Origin: an uncultured Bacilli bacterium
GTDB taxonomy: Bacteria > Bacillota_I > Bacilli_A > RF39 > UBA660
Direction of reading: 5' to 3'
Assembly: GCA_944358815.1 (NCBI GenBank)
Contig: CALVRX010000026.1
Span: 1 to 58,698, forward strand
Length of the DNA: 58,698 bases
Every line of letters begins with the position of its first letter. Position 1 is the first letter of the stretch. The position numbers and the translations under genes are program-made. The notes under the pieces are model-generated. The model saw nothing but the letters and a program-made list of their open reading frames with translations, ran no database searches and had not been told where the DNA came from. Of this stretch, positions 8,785 to 17,877 are shown piece after piece.

Positions 8785-9263
8785 TGATTTTTGTTACTTT
8801 AGGCACGCAAGATAAGCCTTTTAAAAGATTATTAGATGCTATTCAAAAACAGATTGATAATGGCAATATTAAAGATAAGGTGATAGTGCAGGCTGGATAT
8901 ACGAAATTTGAAAGTAAGGATATGGAAATATATGATTTAATTAATATGGATGAGTTTGATAAGTTAATTAAAGATTGCGATGTTTTAATTACTCATGGAG
9001 GAGTAGGAAATATATTGACTGGTTTGAAATATGGTAAAAAGATAATTGCGGCAGCGAGGCTTTCAGAATATGGTGAGCATACGAATGATCATCAATTGCA
9101 AATTATCGATAAATTTACAGACGAGGGATATATTTTAAAATTAGATGATTTTGATGAATTAGATAAGGTACTTACTAAGGCAAAGAAGTTTAAACCTAGA
9201 AAATATATAAGTAATACTAAAAATTTTTGCAAACATTTGTTGGCAGAAATAGAAAAATTATAA
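8784..9263 (+). CDS. Alg13-like catalytic subunit of a split GT28-type glycosyltransferase (Glyco_tran_28_C; PssE/Cps14G-like)
   Basis: IFVTLGTQDKPFKRLL, ITHGGVGNI and HTNDHQLQI are typical Alg13/MurG C-terminal-half motifs. The GTG start overlaps the upstream stop. Confidence 0.75.
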   Translation: MIFVTLGTQDKPFKRLLDAIQKQIDNGNIKDKVIVQAGYTKFESKDMEIYDLINMDEFDKLIKDCDVLITHGGVGNILTGLKYGKKIIAAARLSEYGEHTNDHQLQIIDKFTDEGYILKLDDFDELDKVLTKAKKFKPRKYISNTKNFCKHLLAEIEKL

Positions 9264-9273
9264 AGGTGATTAG

Positions 9274-10293
9274 ATGGACAAGGTTAGTGTTATTGTGCCA
9301 ATTTATAATGGGGAGAGATATTTAAAAAGATGTATTGATTCTTTATTGAATCAAAGTTATAAAAATAATGAGTATATTTTAATTAATGATGGTTCTAGTG
9401 ATAATACTTTAAAAATTTTAAAGGAATATGCTTTAAAAGATACAAGGATTATAATTATCGATAAAAAAAATACAGGTGTTTCTGATTCGAGAAATATGGG
9501 TATTGAAAAGGCTACTGGTGATTATATTTGTTTTTGTGATTGTGATGATATGTATGAAGATAATTATATTGAAGTAATGCTTCATACAATTAAAGAAAAC
9601 AATGTTGCCTTAGTAAGATGTAATTTTCAGGTTATTGATAAAGATGGCAAGGTTACTGATAATGGTAAAAATGTTTTAACTAATAAAAGATTAACTAATA
9701 AAGCAATCATTAATGATATTATTCCTTATTGTTTAAGTGGAGAAATGCCATGTTTTGTATATTTACTAATGATTAAAAGAGATATACTTACAATGAGGTT
9801 TCCTAATGATATAGCGATGATGGAAGATGTGGTTTTTTATATTAATTTGCTTTTGAAAACGGATAGTATGTATATAATAAATGATAGTTTATATACGATT
9901 ATGTTTAATGATGAAGGGGCAACTAATAATGTCAAAAATTATAAGCGAAATATTAATAATGTTATTTTGGTAAATAAATATATTAAAAATATTTTGAATG
10001 AAAATAATTTGATGAATGATGAGAATATTTCTAAGTTAAATACTAATAATTTAAATTCAGTGGCAGATTTTATATTTAGGTATTATTTACATGAAGGGAA
10101 GCAAGCTATTAGTTTGTGTAAAAGTATTCGAACAAAGGATTTGTTAAACATTATTTATGAAACTAATTTATCATGTCTTTCTTTACCTAGAAGGTGGCTT
10201 TTAAAGTTAATTGAGAAAAAGCACTATGTGTTTTTGAGATTTTATTTTGGACTAAGAAAGATTGTATTTAAATTAAAACGTCATAATAATTGA
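9274..10293 (+). CDS. GT2 family glycosyltransferase
   Basis: VSVIVPIYNGERYLKRCIDSLLNQSY, INDGSSDNT and CDCDD (DxD) are present. Confidence 0.85.
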   Translation: MDKVSVIVPIYNGERYLKRCIDSLLNQSYKNNEYILINDGSSDNTLKILKEYALKDTRIIIIDKKNTGVSDSRNMGIEKATGDYICFCDCDDMYEDNYIEVMLHTIKENNVALVRCNFQVIDKDGKVTDNGKNVLTNKRLTNKAIINDIIPYCLSGEMPCFVYLLMIKRDILTMRFPNDIAMMEDVVFYINLLLKTDSMYIINDSLYTIMFNDEGATNNVKNYKRNINNVILVNKYIKNILNENNLMNDENISKLNTNNLNSVADFIFRYYLHEGKQAISLCKSIRTKDLLNIIYETNLSCLSLPRRWLLKLIEKKHYVFLRFYFGLRKIVFKLKRHNN

Positions 10294-10308
10294 TATGTGG
10301 GGGATAAT

Positions 10309-11163
10309 ATGATAACAGTTTTTACACCTAGTTATAATCGGGCAAATACATTGAAAGTTTTGTATGATTCTTTATTAAAACAAGGTAAGGCGAAGTTTGA
10401 ATGGTTGATTGTGGATGATGGTTCTAGCGATAATACTAAAGAATATATAGAATCATTGATAAGGGAGAAGAAAATTAAAATAAGTTATTTTTATAAACAA
10501 AATGGTGGGAAACAATCTGCTTATAATTTAGGACTTGAGAAGGCACAAGGAGATATTTTTTTGTGTGTTGATTCAGATGATATGTTAGCTAGTAACGCTC
10601 TTGAAAATATAGAGAAAGATTTTAAACAAATTAAAGCTAAGAATATAGCTGGTATTATGTATAATCAAGGTTATATTAGTGATAAAAGTCTTATTATTGG
10701 TACTAGATTCCCAAAAGACAATTTGGTAGATACTTATTATAATATTTATCATAAATTACATGTTACTGGTGATAAATTGATTGTTTTTAAAACTAATGTG
10801 GCCAGAAAATATTATTTTCCATTAATTGATGGTGAAAAATTTATTCCAGAGGCTTTAATTTATAATAGAATGTCTTTAGATTATATGTTTTTGTGTAAAA
10901 ATAAGGTAATGGCTTATAAAGATTATTTAGGTGATGGTTATTCCGCAAATTATTTTAATTTAGTTAAAAAAAATCCTAAAGGTAATGCTTTATATTATTT
11001 AGAACTTTATAATTTAGAACCTACTTTTTACAATGTTTATGGTTATTTATTGTTTTGTTTTTTAGCTAAGGAAAAATTTAAAAATATTATAAAGCATCCT
11101 AGTAAATTAAAAATTTTGTTATTATATATTCCTGTATATTTGATATTTTTAGTGAGGCGATAA
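10309..11163 (+). CDS. GT2 family glycosyltransferase
   Basis: ITVFTPSYNRANTL, VDDGSSDNT and VDSDD (DxD) are present. ATG 10309 is preferred over GTG 10297, which lies inside the GGGGGA RBS. Confidence 0.8.
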   Translation: MITVFTPSYNRANTLKVLYDSLLKQGKAKFEWLIVDDGSSDNTKEYIESLIREKKIKISYFYKQNGGKQSAYNLGLEKAQGDIFLCVDSDDMLASNALENIEKDFKQIKAKNIAGIMYNQGYISDKSLIIGTRFPKDNLVDTYYNIYHKLHVTGDKLIVFKTNVARKYYFPLIDGEKFIPEALIYNRMSLDYMFLCKNKVMAYKDYLGDGYSANYFNLVKKNPKGNALYYLELYNLEPTFYNVYGYLLFCFLAKEKFKNIIKHPSKLKILLLYIPVYLIFLVRR

Positions 11164-11164
11164 G

Positions 11165-12244
11165 ATGAAGAAAAAGTTGTTGATATTTGGTTATACATTA
11201 ACTATGGGAGGAGCTGAGAAGGCTTTAGTAGATATGATTCGTTATTTGGTGCCTTACTGCGATATTGATTTATATTTGTTAGAAAAAAAAGGAAGTTTAA
11301 TGAGTGATATTCCTAAAGAAGTTAAGGTATATCAAATGAAAAGGAATTTTTTTCAGTATGTTTTATTTAGGTTTATACCTTTGTATAGAAAACGCGTAAT
11401 AAATAAGATTGCAAATTCTAAAGATTATAAGTATGTTTTTGGCTATATGGAAGGTAGATGTGGGACTTGGGTAAGTGATATTAAAAAAAATATCAAGAAA
11501 TATGCCTGGATACATAATGATGTTTTTAAGTTTAATATTGGTATTAGTGATGCTGAGGTTAAAAAAAGTTATAATAACTTAGATAAGGTTATTTGTGTAT
11601 CTAAGGAAAGTAAAGAAAATTTTTGCCAGAAATATGGAATTTCTAGGGATAAAGTTTTAGTTATTTATAATTATATAAATGAAGGGGAAATTTTGAAAAA
11701 GGCTGAGGCTTTTAAAGTTAAGAATACGAAGACTACTTTTGTGAATGTGGCTAAAATGCGTGATCAAAAGAGGCAAGATAGATTGGTTATGGCAGCAAAA
11801 TATTTGAAAGAAAAAGGTTATGATTTTGAAATCCAATTAATAGGAGATGGTCCTAATCTTGAAAAAATAAAAGATATGGTATATAATTATAAACTAGGGG
11901 ATGTGGTAAAAATTTTAGGATTACAAACTAATCCTTATCCATATATAAAATGGGCAGATTATTTTGTGTTATCTAGTTATATGGAAGGATATGGAATTGT
12001 TATCAAAGAGGCTTTATTACTTAAGAAAAAAATAATTACCACTGATGTTGTAGGACCAAGAGAGATTTTAGAAAATGGGAAGTATGGCATTATTATACCC
12101 AATGAGGATGAGGCAGTTTCTTTGGCTTTAGAAGAAGTATTAAAAAATCCTCATAAATACGATTATTTAGAAGAAAATTTAAAAGAATATAAAGGGGATA
12201 ATGAAGAAATAAAGGAACAAATTTTAGAACTATTAGATTTATAA
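11165..12244 (+). CDS. GT4 (GT-B, Glycos_transf_1) glycosyltransferase
   Basis: GGAEKALVDM at the N-terminus. FVLSSYMEGYGIVIKEALLLKKKIITTDVVGPREIL is an EX7E-type motif. Confidence 0.8.
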   Translation: MKKKLLIFGYTLTMGGAEKALVDMIRYLVPYCDIDLYLLEKKGSLMSDIPKEVKVYQMKRNFFQYVLFRFIPLYRKRVINKIANSKDYKYVFGYMEGRCGTWVSDIKKNIKKYAWIHNDVFKFNIGISDAEVKKSYNNLDKVICVSKESKENFCQKYGISRDKVLVIYNYINEGEILKKAEAFKVKNTKTTFVNVAKMRDQKRQDRLVMAAKYLKEKGYDFEIQLIGDGPNLEKIKDMVYNYKLGDVVKILGLQTNPYPYIKWADYFVLSSYMEGYGIVIKEALLLKKKIITTDVVGPREILENGKYGIIIPNEDEAVSLALEEVLKNPHKYDYLEENLKEYKGDNEEIKEQILELLDL

Positions 12245-12256
12245 AGGAGAAGTACA

Positions 12257-14827
12257 ATGAGTGAGAAGAAACAACAAACTATATTAAATATTTTATTGAT
12301 TTTCGTATTATTACAGCCAATATTTGATATTTTATCAAGATTGGCTATTTTGGATTTTATACCTAACATTTCAACTTATTTAAAACCACTTTTTGTTTTT
12401 GGACTTGGAGCATTTTTACTTTTTAAGTATAGTCCATTTAAGAAGAAATGGATTACTTATATTATTGTTTTTGCATTATTTACTTTTGGTCATTTATTTT
12501 TACTTTATAAATTATTACTTGGCAAGAGTTTGATATTGCATGAATTTAGGTTTATTATTAATATTGCATATATGATTGCTTTATTCATTAGTTTATTTAC
12601 TTTATATCATTGGTTTGATGATAAAGAAAAAATGTTAAAGAAAATTAAATATACTTTAGTTATTACTTTTGCTATTTATTTTGGACTTTATTTATTAGCT
12701 ATTGTTACTGGAACATCAGGAATGACTTATGAATATTCTGATAAGTATAAGTTAGGTTTTAAGGGATGGTATGATTCTGGACAGATTTTGGGTCATGCAC
12801 TTTCTATGCTTTTCCCAATTATTTTGTATGTGGTTTTAAAACCCAAAAATCATAAAATTATTAGATTTATTTTTCTAGCTCTTTTAGTGTTAGTTGTTTC
12901 ACTTTTAGGCACTAAGGTACCTTATTTTATTACATTGATTGTTTTGATTTTATATATTGTATTATTGATTTTCTTTAGAATCATTCATAAAAGACCTGTT
13001 GGAACTAAATATAATATGTTAATTGTGTTTTTAGCTGTAATTACCATGATTTGCACATATCAATTTACGCCAGTAGCTTATAATACAGAGATTAATGAAA
13101 AAAATGCAGCTATTGAACTGGAAATGTATGATTTGGATGGTATAAGTGGCAAGAAAAAAGATGTTGATTATAAAAAGATTATGAAAGATAATCCGAATGC
13201 TGATTTATCTTATGTAAAAAAATATTTTAAATGGGGACAAGAAGCTAGTGCATATTTGACTGAACAGTTTTATAAAGGTACGGTACATCCATCTAATACT
13301 AGAGCTAAACAATTAGTTTATTCTATGAAAAAGTATCAATTAGCAGATATTCAATATAAGATACTAGGGATTGGCTTTTTGAATCAAGATTCAATTTTGG
13401 CTTTGGAAAGTGATTTCTTTATGGCTTTCTTTAACTTTGGTATTGTTGGTTTTATATTATTCTTATGTATTCCTATATGGGCTTTTGTGAAAAGTGCAGT
13501 ATTTGCTATAAAGAATATTAAGAAAATCGATTTAGAAATGTGTATGCTATTTATGGGATTAGGTATTTTCTTCTGCATTAGTATATATGCGGGTTATACT
13601 TATATTTATACTAATTTTTCAATTTTCTTAACTTTATTAATTACTATGTTACTTTTAAAGATGGATTTACTTAATAAAAGAGAAAATAAAGAGGTTAAAG
13701 AGGTTAATTTTTTAGCTTTGCATTTAAATTATGGCGGAATTGAATCGGCAACAATTAATAATGCGAATGCTTTGTCTAAGGATTATAAAGTAAAAATAAT
13801 ATCTTTTTATCATTTTAAAGATGATTTGAGTAAAAATTTAAATAAGGGAATTGAGGTTGAATATCTTTATGATGGTGTTCCTAATAGAGATATATTTAAG
13901 CAATATTTAGAGGAAAAACATTTTATTAAAGCATTTAAAGAAGGAATTAAAAGTATTCAAATTTTGATAAAGAAAAGATTTTTGGTAGCTAGAAGAATCA
14001 AAAAAATTAAAGAAGGTGCTATTGTATCAACAAGAGTGGAATTTAATGTTTTACTTAGTAAATATGGAAATTTAAATGTATTAAAAATTGCTCAAGAACA
14101 TTGTTATCATAATAATAATAAAAAATATATTAATAAAATAGTTAATAAATATTATAATATTGATTATTTATGTGCTTTATCGTCCACTTTGTACAATGAT
14201 TATAAAAAGTTTTTGAAATATAATAAACATACTAAGGTTGTTTTACTTCCAAATATGTTATATACTTTACCAAATAAAAAAAGTAAACTAGATAAGGATA
14301 ATTTTATTACGATTGGTAGATTAGATGCTGGTAAGAGAGTGGATGAAATTATTACTAATTTTGTCAAGCTTAATAAACAAAAAAGTCAACTTTATATAAT
14401 CGGTAGTGGAAATGAGGAAAAAAGATTAAAACAACTTATTAAGGATTTAAAGATCGAAAAGCAAGTGCACATGCTTGGATATATGGATCATAAACAAATG
14501 GAAAAATATATATTAGATTCATCTTGTTTCCTTATGGCATCAGTAACAGAAGGACTTCCTATGGTACTTTTAGAAATGATGAGTTATGGCGTTCCTTGTA
14601 TTGTATATAAAACCGCCTCTGGAACAGGCGATATTGTCGAAACCGATTTTAATGGCTATATTATTGATGGTAGAGATGAAAGATTATATGTTAATTCGAT
14701 GAAAAAAATAATTAAAGATAAAGAACTAAGAAAAAAAATGGGAGAAAATGCTTTAGTTACAGCTAAGAAATTTTATAAAATAGAAATAGTAAAAATATGG
14801 AAAAAAGTTTTGAATAGGGAAGTGTAG
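12257..14827 (+). CDS. Fusion protein: N-terminal Wzy/O-antigen-ligase-like polytopic domain (about aa 1-470) plus C-terminal GT4 glycosyltransferase (about aa 480-856)
   Basis: The N-terminal half has about 10-12 hydrophobic helices with a large loop (aa ~280-370), as in Wzy_C proteins. The C-terminal half has LHLNYGGIESATIN, GRLDAGKRVDE and SVTEGLPMVLLEMMSYGVPCIV (EX7E). Confidence 0.65.
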   Translation: MSEKKQQTILNILLIFVLLQPIFDILSRLAILDFIPNISTYLKPLFVFGLGAFLLFKYSPFKKKWITYIIVFALFTFGHLFLLYKLLLGKSLILHEFRFIINIAYMIALFISLFTLYHWFDDKEKMLKKIKYTLVITFAIYFGLYLLAIVTGTSGMTYEYSDKYKLGFKGWYDSGQILGHALSMLFPIILYVVLKPKNHKIIRFIFLALLVLVVSLLGTKVPYFITLIVLILYIVLLIFFRIIHKRPVGTKYNMLIVFLAVITMICTYQFTPVAYNTEINEKNAAIELEMYDLDGISGKKKDVDYKKIMKDNPNADLSYVKKYFKWGQEASAYLTEQFYKGTVHPSNTRAKQLVYSMKKYQLADIQYKILGIGFLNQDSILALESDFFMAFFNFGIVGFILFLCIPIWAFVKSAVFAIKNIKKIDLEMCMLFMGLGIFFCISIYAGYTYIYTNFSIFLTLLITMLLLKMDLLNKRENKEVKEVNFLALHLNYGGIESATINNANALSKDYKVKIISFYHFKDDLSKNLNKGIEVEYLYDGVPNRDIFKQYLEEKHFIKAFKEGIKSIQILIKKRFLVARRIKKIKEGAIVSTRVEFNVLLSKYGNLNVLKIAQEHCYHNNNKKYINKIVNKYYNIDYLCALSSTLYNDYKKFLKYNKHTKVVLLPNMLYTLPNKKSKLDKDNFITIGRLDAGKRVDEIITNFVKLNKQKSQLYIIGSGNEEKRLKQLIKDLKIEKQVHMLGYMDHKQMEKYILDSSCFLMASVTEGLPMVLLEMMSYGVPCIVYKTASGTGDIVETDFNGYIIDGRDERLYVNSMKKIIKDKELRKKMGENALVTAKKFYKIEIVKIWKKVLNREV

Positions 14828-14836
14828 GAGAAATAT

Positions 14837-16375
14837 ATGTTAAGTAGGGTGAGAAATGAACTTACAAGAAAAAGAATAATAATATTTTTCTTTTTTGCTT
14901 TATGTTTTATTCTTTTTCTTTTTGATTTAAATAGTAATAAGGTAGGTGTTAATTTATTATTTAGTTTATTTGCGTTTATAATTATTGGAGTGATTATTTT
15001 ATTAAATTATAAATTTAAAAAAGTTGATGATACTTCCTATTATAAGTTTTATGCTTTAGCAGTATTTATTTTAGGTTTTATTTTGATAGTTTTAACGCCT
15101 CCTTTTATGGGTAGCGATGAATATACGCATTTTTTAAGAGCTTATGAAATATCTGAAGGACATTTTATTTCTAAAGTGGATGAAAATGGTATTTTGGCTG
15201 TTATGCCTAGATCATTAAATAAAGCATATTCAGGGTATGACGATGAAAATAAATTTGATAAGAATATGACAATATCATACGATGAAATACCTTCTAGATT
15301 GAGTATTCCATTAGATAAAAGTAATACATTGAATTACTGTACATGTAATAGGACAAATTATATGGGAGCTACGGTGTATTCACCTTTTCAATATATACCC
15401 CATTTAGTGGGAATTGAAATAGGAAAAATTTTCACTTTGGGTCCAACATGGCTTGTTTATTTAGCGAGGATAGGTAATTTAATTGTTTTTGCGTTGCTTA
15501 CTATTATTGGAATTAAGTTACTACCTAAATTTAAACTTTTTGCAATGCTAGTATTGCTTAGTCCAGTAGTACTTTCTGGGGCGACAACCATTTCGGCAGA
15601 TGGACCAACTAATGCAGTAACGTTTTTGTTTATTGCATATATTGTTAATTTGATTTGCAATAAAAAAACGGTGAGATTAAAGGAAAAAATATTGTTATAT
15701 TTATTAGCTTTTACAATTGCTATGTGTAAGATTGTTTATTTTCCAATTTTGGCTTTGGTTTTTCTAATTCCTAAAGAGCAATTTAAGAGTGGCAAAGATA
15801 GTTTGATATTTAAAATTACTTTGATGCTTTTTGGCTTAATATTTAGCGTGGGCTGGTTTTTAACTGCTTCTTTATTTTTGAATTCGCAGTCTAGTACATC
15901 ACAGTTACAAATGAAATATGTGTTTGCACATCCTTTAAATTTTTTGTTTATCGTTATTAGAACATATCTTGATATTTTTAATGAAAATTTACTGAATATT
16001 TTCTTTGGTAATCAAATGTTTCATTGGTCATTAAAGGTTTATTCATTTTTCTCTTTAGCGTTTGTAGGGGTAGTTGTTTTATCTTTATTTACTAAAAAAG
16101 CGGATTTGAAAATAGCAAATAGGAGTAAAATTTTAATTATGTTTATGATTATAATGATTTTAGGTTTAATTGCCTCAGCTTTGTTTGTTCAACATAACCT
16201 TGGTGCTTCTAATCTTATTGGTGGTATTCAGGCTCGCTATTTGATTCCTTTATGTTTTTTAGTTCCTTTGTTTTTAAATATTAAAAAAGCATTTTTTAGT
16301 GAAAAGATGGTATTTATGTTATTTAGTTTTTTATATTTTCCAGCATTTTTAACGATTGTCGTAAGGTTTATTTAA
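14837..16375 (+). CDS. DUF2142-type polytopic membrane protein (GT-C-like glycosyltransferase candidate)
   Basis: PPFMGSDEYTHFLRAYEISEGHF in the first extracytoplasmic loop is the DUF2142 hallmark. There are 10 or more TM helices. Confidence 0.6.
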   Translation: MLSRVRNELTRKRIIIFFFFALCFILFLFDLNSNKVGVNLLFSLFAFIIIGVIILLNYKFKKVDDTSYYKFYALAVFILGFILIVLTPPFMGSDEYTHFLRAYEISEGHFISKVDENGILAVMPRSLNKAYSGYDDENKFDKNMTISYDEIPSRLSIPLDKSNTLNYCTCNRTNYMGATVYSPFQYIPHLVGIEIGKIFTLGPTWLVYLARIGNLIVFALLTIIGIKLLPKFKLFAMLVLLSPVVLSGATTISADGPTNAVTFLFIAYIVNLICNKKTVRLKEKILLYLLAFTIAMCKIVYFPILALVFLIPKEQFKSGKDSLIFKITLMLFGLIFSVGWFLTASLFLNSQSSTSQLQMKYVFAHPLNFLFIVIRTYLDIFNENLLNIFFGNQMFHWSLKVYSFFSLAFVGVVVLSLFTKKADLKIANRSKILIMFMIIMILGLIASALFVQHNLGASNLIGGIQARYLIPLCFLVPLFLNIKKAFFSEKMVFMLFSFLYFPAFLTIVVRFI

Positions 16376-16405
16376 TTGACTTAGGTAAAATGTTTGTTAT
16401 ATAAT
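16376..16405 (+). promoter_or_regulatory. Internal SigA-type promoter for the gtrB-like module
   Basis: TTGACT (16376-16381), an 18-nt spacer, then TATAAT (16400-16405). An AGGAG RBS sits at 16412-16416. Confidence 0.55.
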
Positions 16406-16427
16406 TTTTTTAGGAGTGAAAGTATTT

Positions 16428-17147
16428 ATGAAAAAGAAAATTTTAATTATAATTCCAGCTTATAATGAAGAGGCAAATATCGTAAAGACGGTTAATTCTA
16501 TTAAGAATTTTAAAAAGAAAAAATTGGATTATATTGTTATTAACGATGGTAGTACGGATAATACAAAAAAGGTAATGATGGAAAATAATATTGATTTTAT
16601 CGATTTACCATTTAATCTAGGAATTGGGGCGGCAGTTCAGACTGGATATAAATATGCTTTTTATAATGATTATGATATTGTGATTCAATTTGATGGTGAT
16701 GGTCAGCACGATATTAATTCGGTAGAAAAGTTAATAAAACCAGTTGCTGATGGAGAGGCTGATATGGCAATTGGATCTAGATATATCGATGATACCAGTT
16801 CATTTAAGTCGACTTTTAGCCGTAGAGTGGGTATTAAAGTTATTTCATCTTTAATTCATTTATTATCTAAGAAAAAGATTAAAGATGTAACTAGTGGATA
16901 TAGGGCAGTAAATAGGAAAATTATTGAGGTTTTTGCGAATAATTATCCTTATGATTTTCCGGAACCAATTACTAATTATGCTTTATTAAAAATGGGTTTT
17001 AAGGTAAAAGAAGTAGGGGCTAATATGTTTGAAAGAGAAGGCGGTATTTCTTCTATTCGAGCTTTAAAGTCAGCTTATTATATGTTTAATGTTTGTTTAT
17101 CTATTTTATTATTTAATCCCAAGAGGTTTAAAGGAGGGATAAAATGA
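16428..17147 (+). CDS. Polyprenyl-phosphate glycosyltransferase (GT2; GtrB/CsbB/DPM1-like)
   Basis: ILIIIPAYNEEANI, INDGSTDNT and QFDGDGQHD are present. The gene is followed by DUF2304 and GtrA genes, the usual context for this enzyme class. Confidence 0.8.
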   Translation: MKKKILIIIPAYNEEANIVKTVNSIKNFKKKKLDYIVINDGSTDNTKKVMMENNIDFIDLPFNLGIGAAVQTGYKYAFYNDYDIVIQFDGDGQHDINSVEKLIKPVADGEADMAIGSRYIDDTSSFKSTFSRRVGIKVISSLIHLLSKKKIKDVTSGYRAVNRKIIEVFANNYPYDFPEPITNYALLKMGFKVKEVGANMFEREGGISSIRALKSAYYMFNVCLSILLFNPKRFKGGIK

Positions 17148-17491
17148 TTTCTTTAAATTTAAAAATATTTTTACTAGTGGTGACATTATTTTATTTCTTT
17201 ATGGTATTTAAAGCTATTAAAAAAGGCACGATGCCGATAAAAAGTTCCGTTTTATGGCTTTTCTTTGGAATTTTAATGCTTTTGTTAATTGGTTTTCCTG
17301 AATTTTTAGTAAAAATTGCATCTTTAGTTGGTATTAAGACTATATCTAATTTACTTTTGTTTGGAGCGGTATTAGCACTTTTAGTCTTAGCATTTGATTT
17401 ATATAAGATTAATAATATTGAAAAAAGGAAGAATGTAACTTTAGCACAAGAAATTGGAATTATTAAGCATGAACTTAATAAAAAGAAATAG
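17144..17491 (+). CDS. Small DUF2304-like membrane protein
   Basis: 115 aa with 3-4 TM helices and a charged C-terminal tail (LAQEIGIIKHELNKKK). The start overlaps the gtrB-like stop by 4 nt, the canonical partner position. Confidence 0.5.
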   Translation: MISLNLKIFLLVVTLFYFFMVFKAIKKGTMPIKSSVLWLFFGILMLLLIGFPEFLVKIASLVGIKTISNLLLFGAVLALLVLAFDLYKINNIEKRKNVTLAQEIGIIKHELNKKK

Positions 17492-17864
17492 AGTTTTTTT
17501 AACTTATGTGCTTTCAGCTGGGTCTTCCTTTGTTATAGATTTGTTATTTTTTACTTTATTTAATACTATATTTAGTAAGTTTTTGGGATATGAATCAATT
17601 ATTATATCTACTATATTGGCTAGAATTTTGTCATCTTTGTATAATTTTATTATGAATTCAAAGTTTGTCTTTAAAAAATATAGTAAAAAGATGTTAGTGC
17701 AATATTATATATTAGTTATTGTACAGATGCTTCTTTCGTCTATTTTAGTATATGTGATTAATAGGTTTTTATTGGATACTTTTGCGACGATTATTAAGTT
17801 TTTTGTGGATATTATGCTATTTATAATTAATTATTTTATTCAAAAGTTATTTATTTTTAAGTGA
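17469..17864 (+). CDS. GtrA-family membrane protein (putative polyprenyl-phosphate-sugar flippase)
   Basis: About 130 aa with 4 TM helices. The FLTYVLSAGSSFVIDLLFF..ARILSSLYNFIMNSKFVFK pattern is typical of GtrA-like proteins. The start is either ATG 17469 or TTG 17454. Confidence 0.7.
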   Translation: MNLIKRNRVFLTYVLSAGSSFVIDLLFFTLFNTIFSKFLGYESIIISTILARILSSLYNFIMNSKFVFKKYSKKMLVQYYILVIVQMLLSSILVYVINRFLLDTFATIIKFFVDIMLFIINYFIQKLFIFK

Positions 17865-17877
17865 GGAGTGGTTATAG

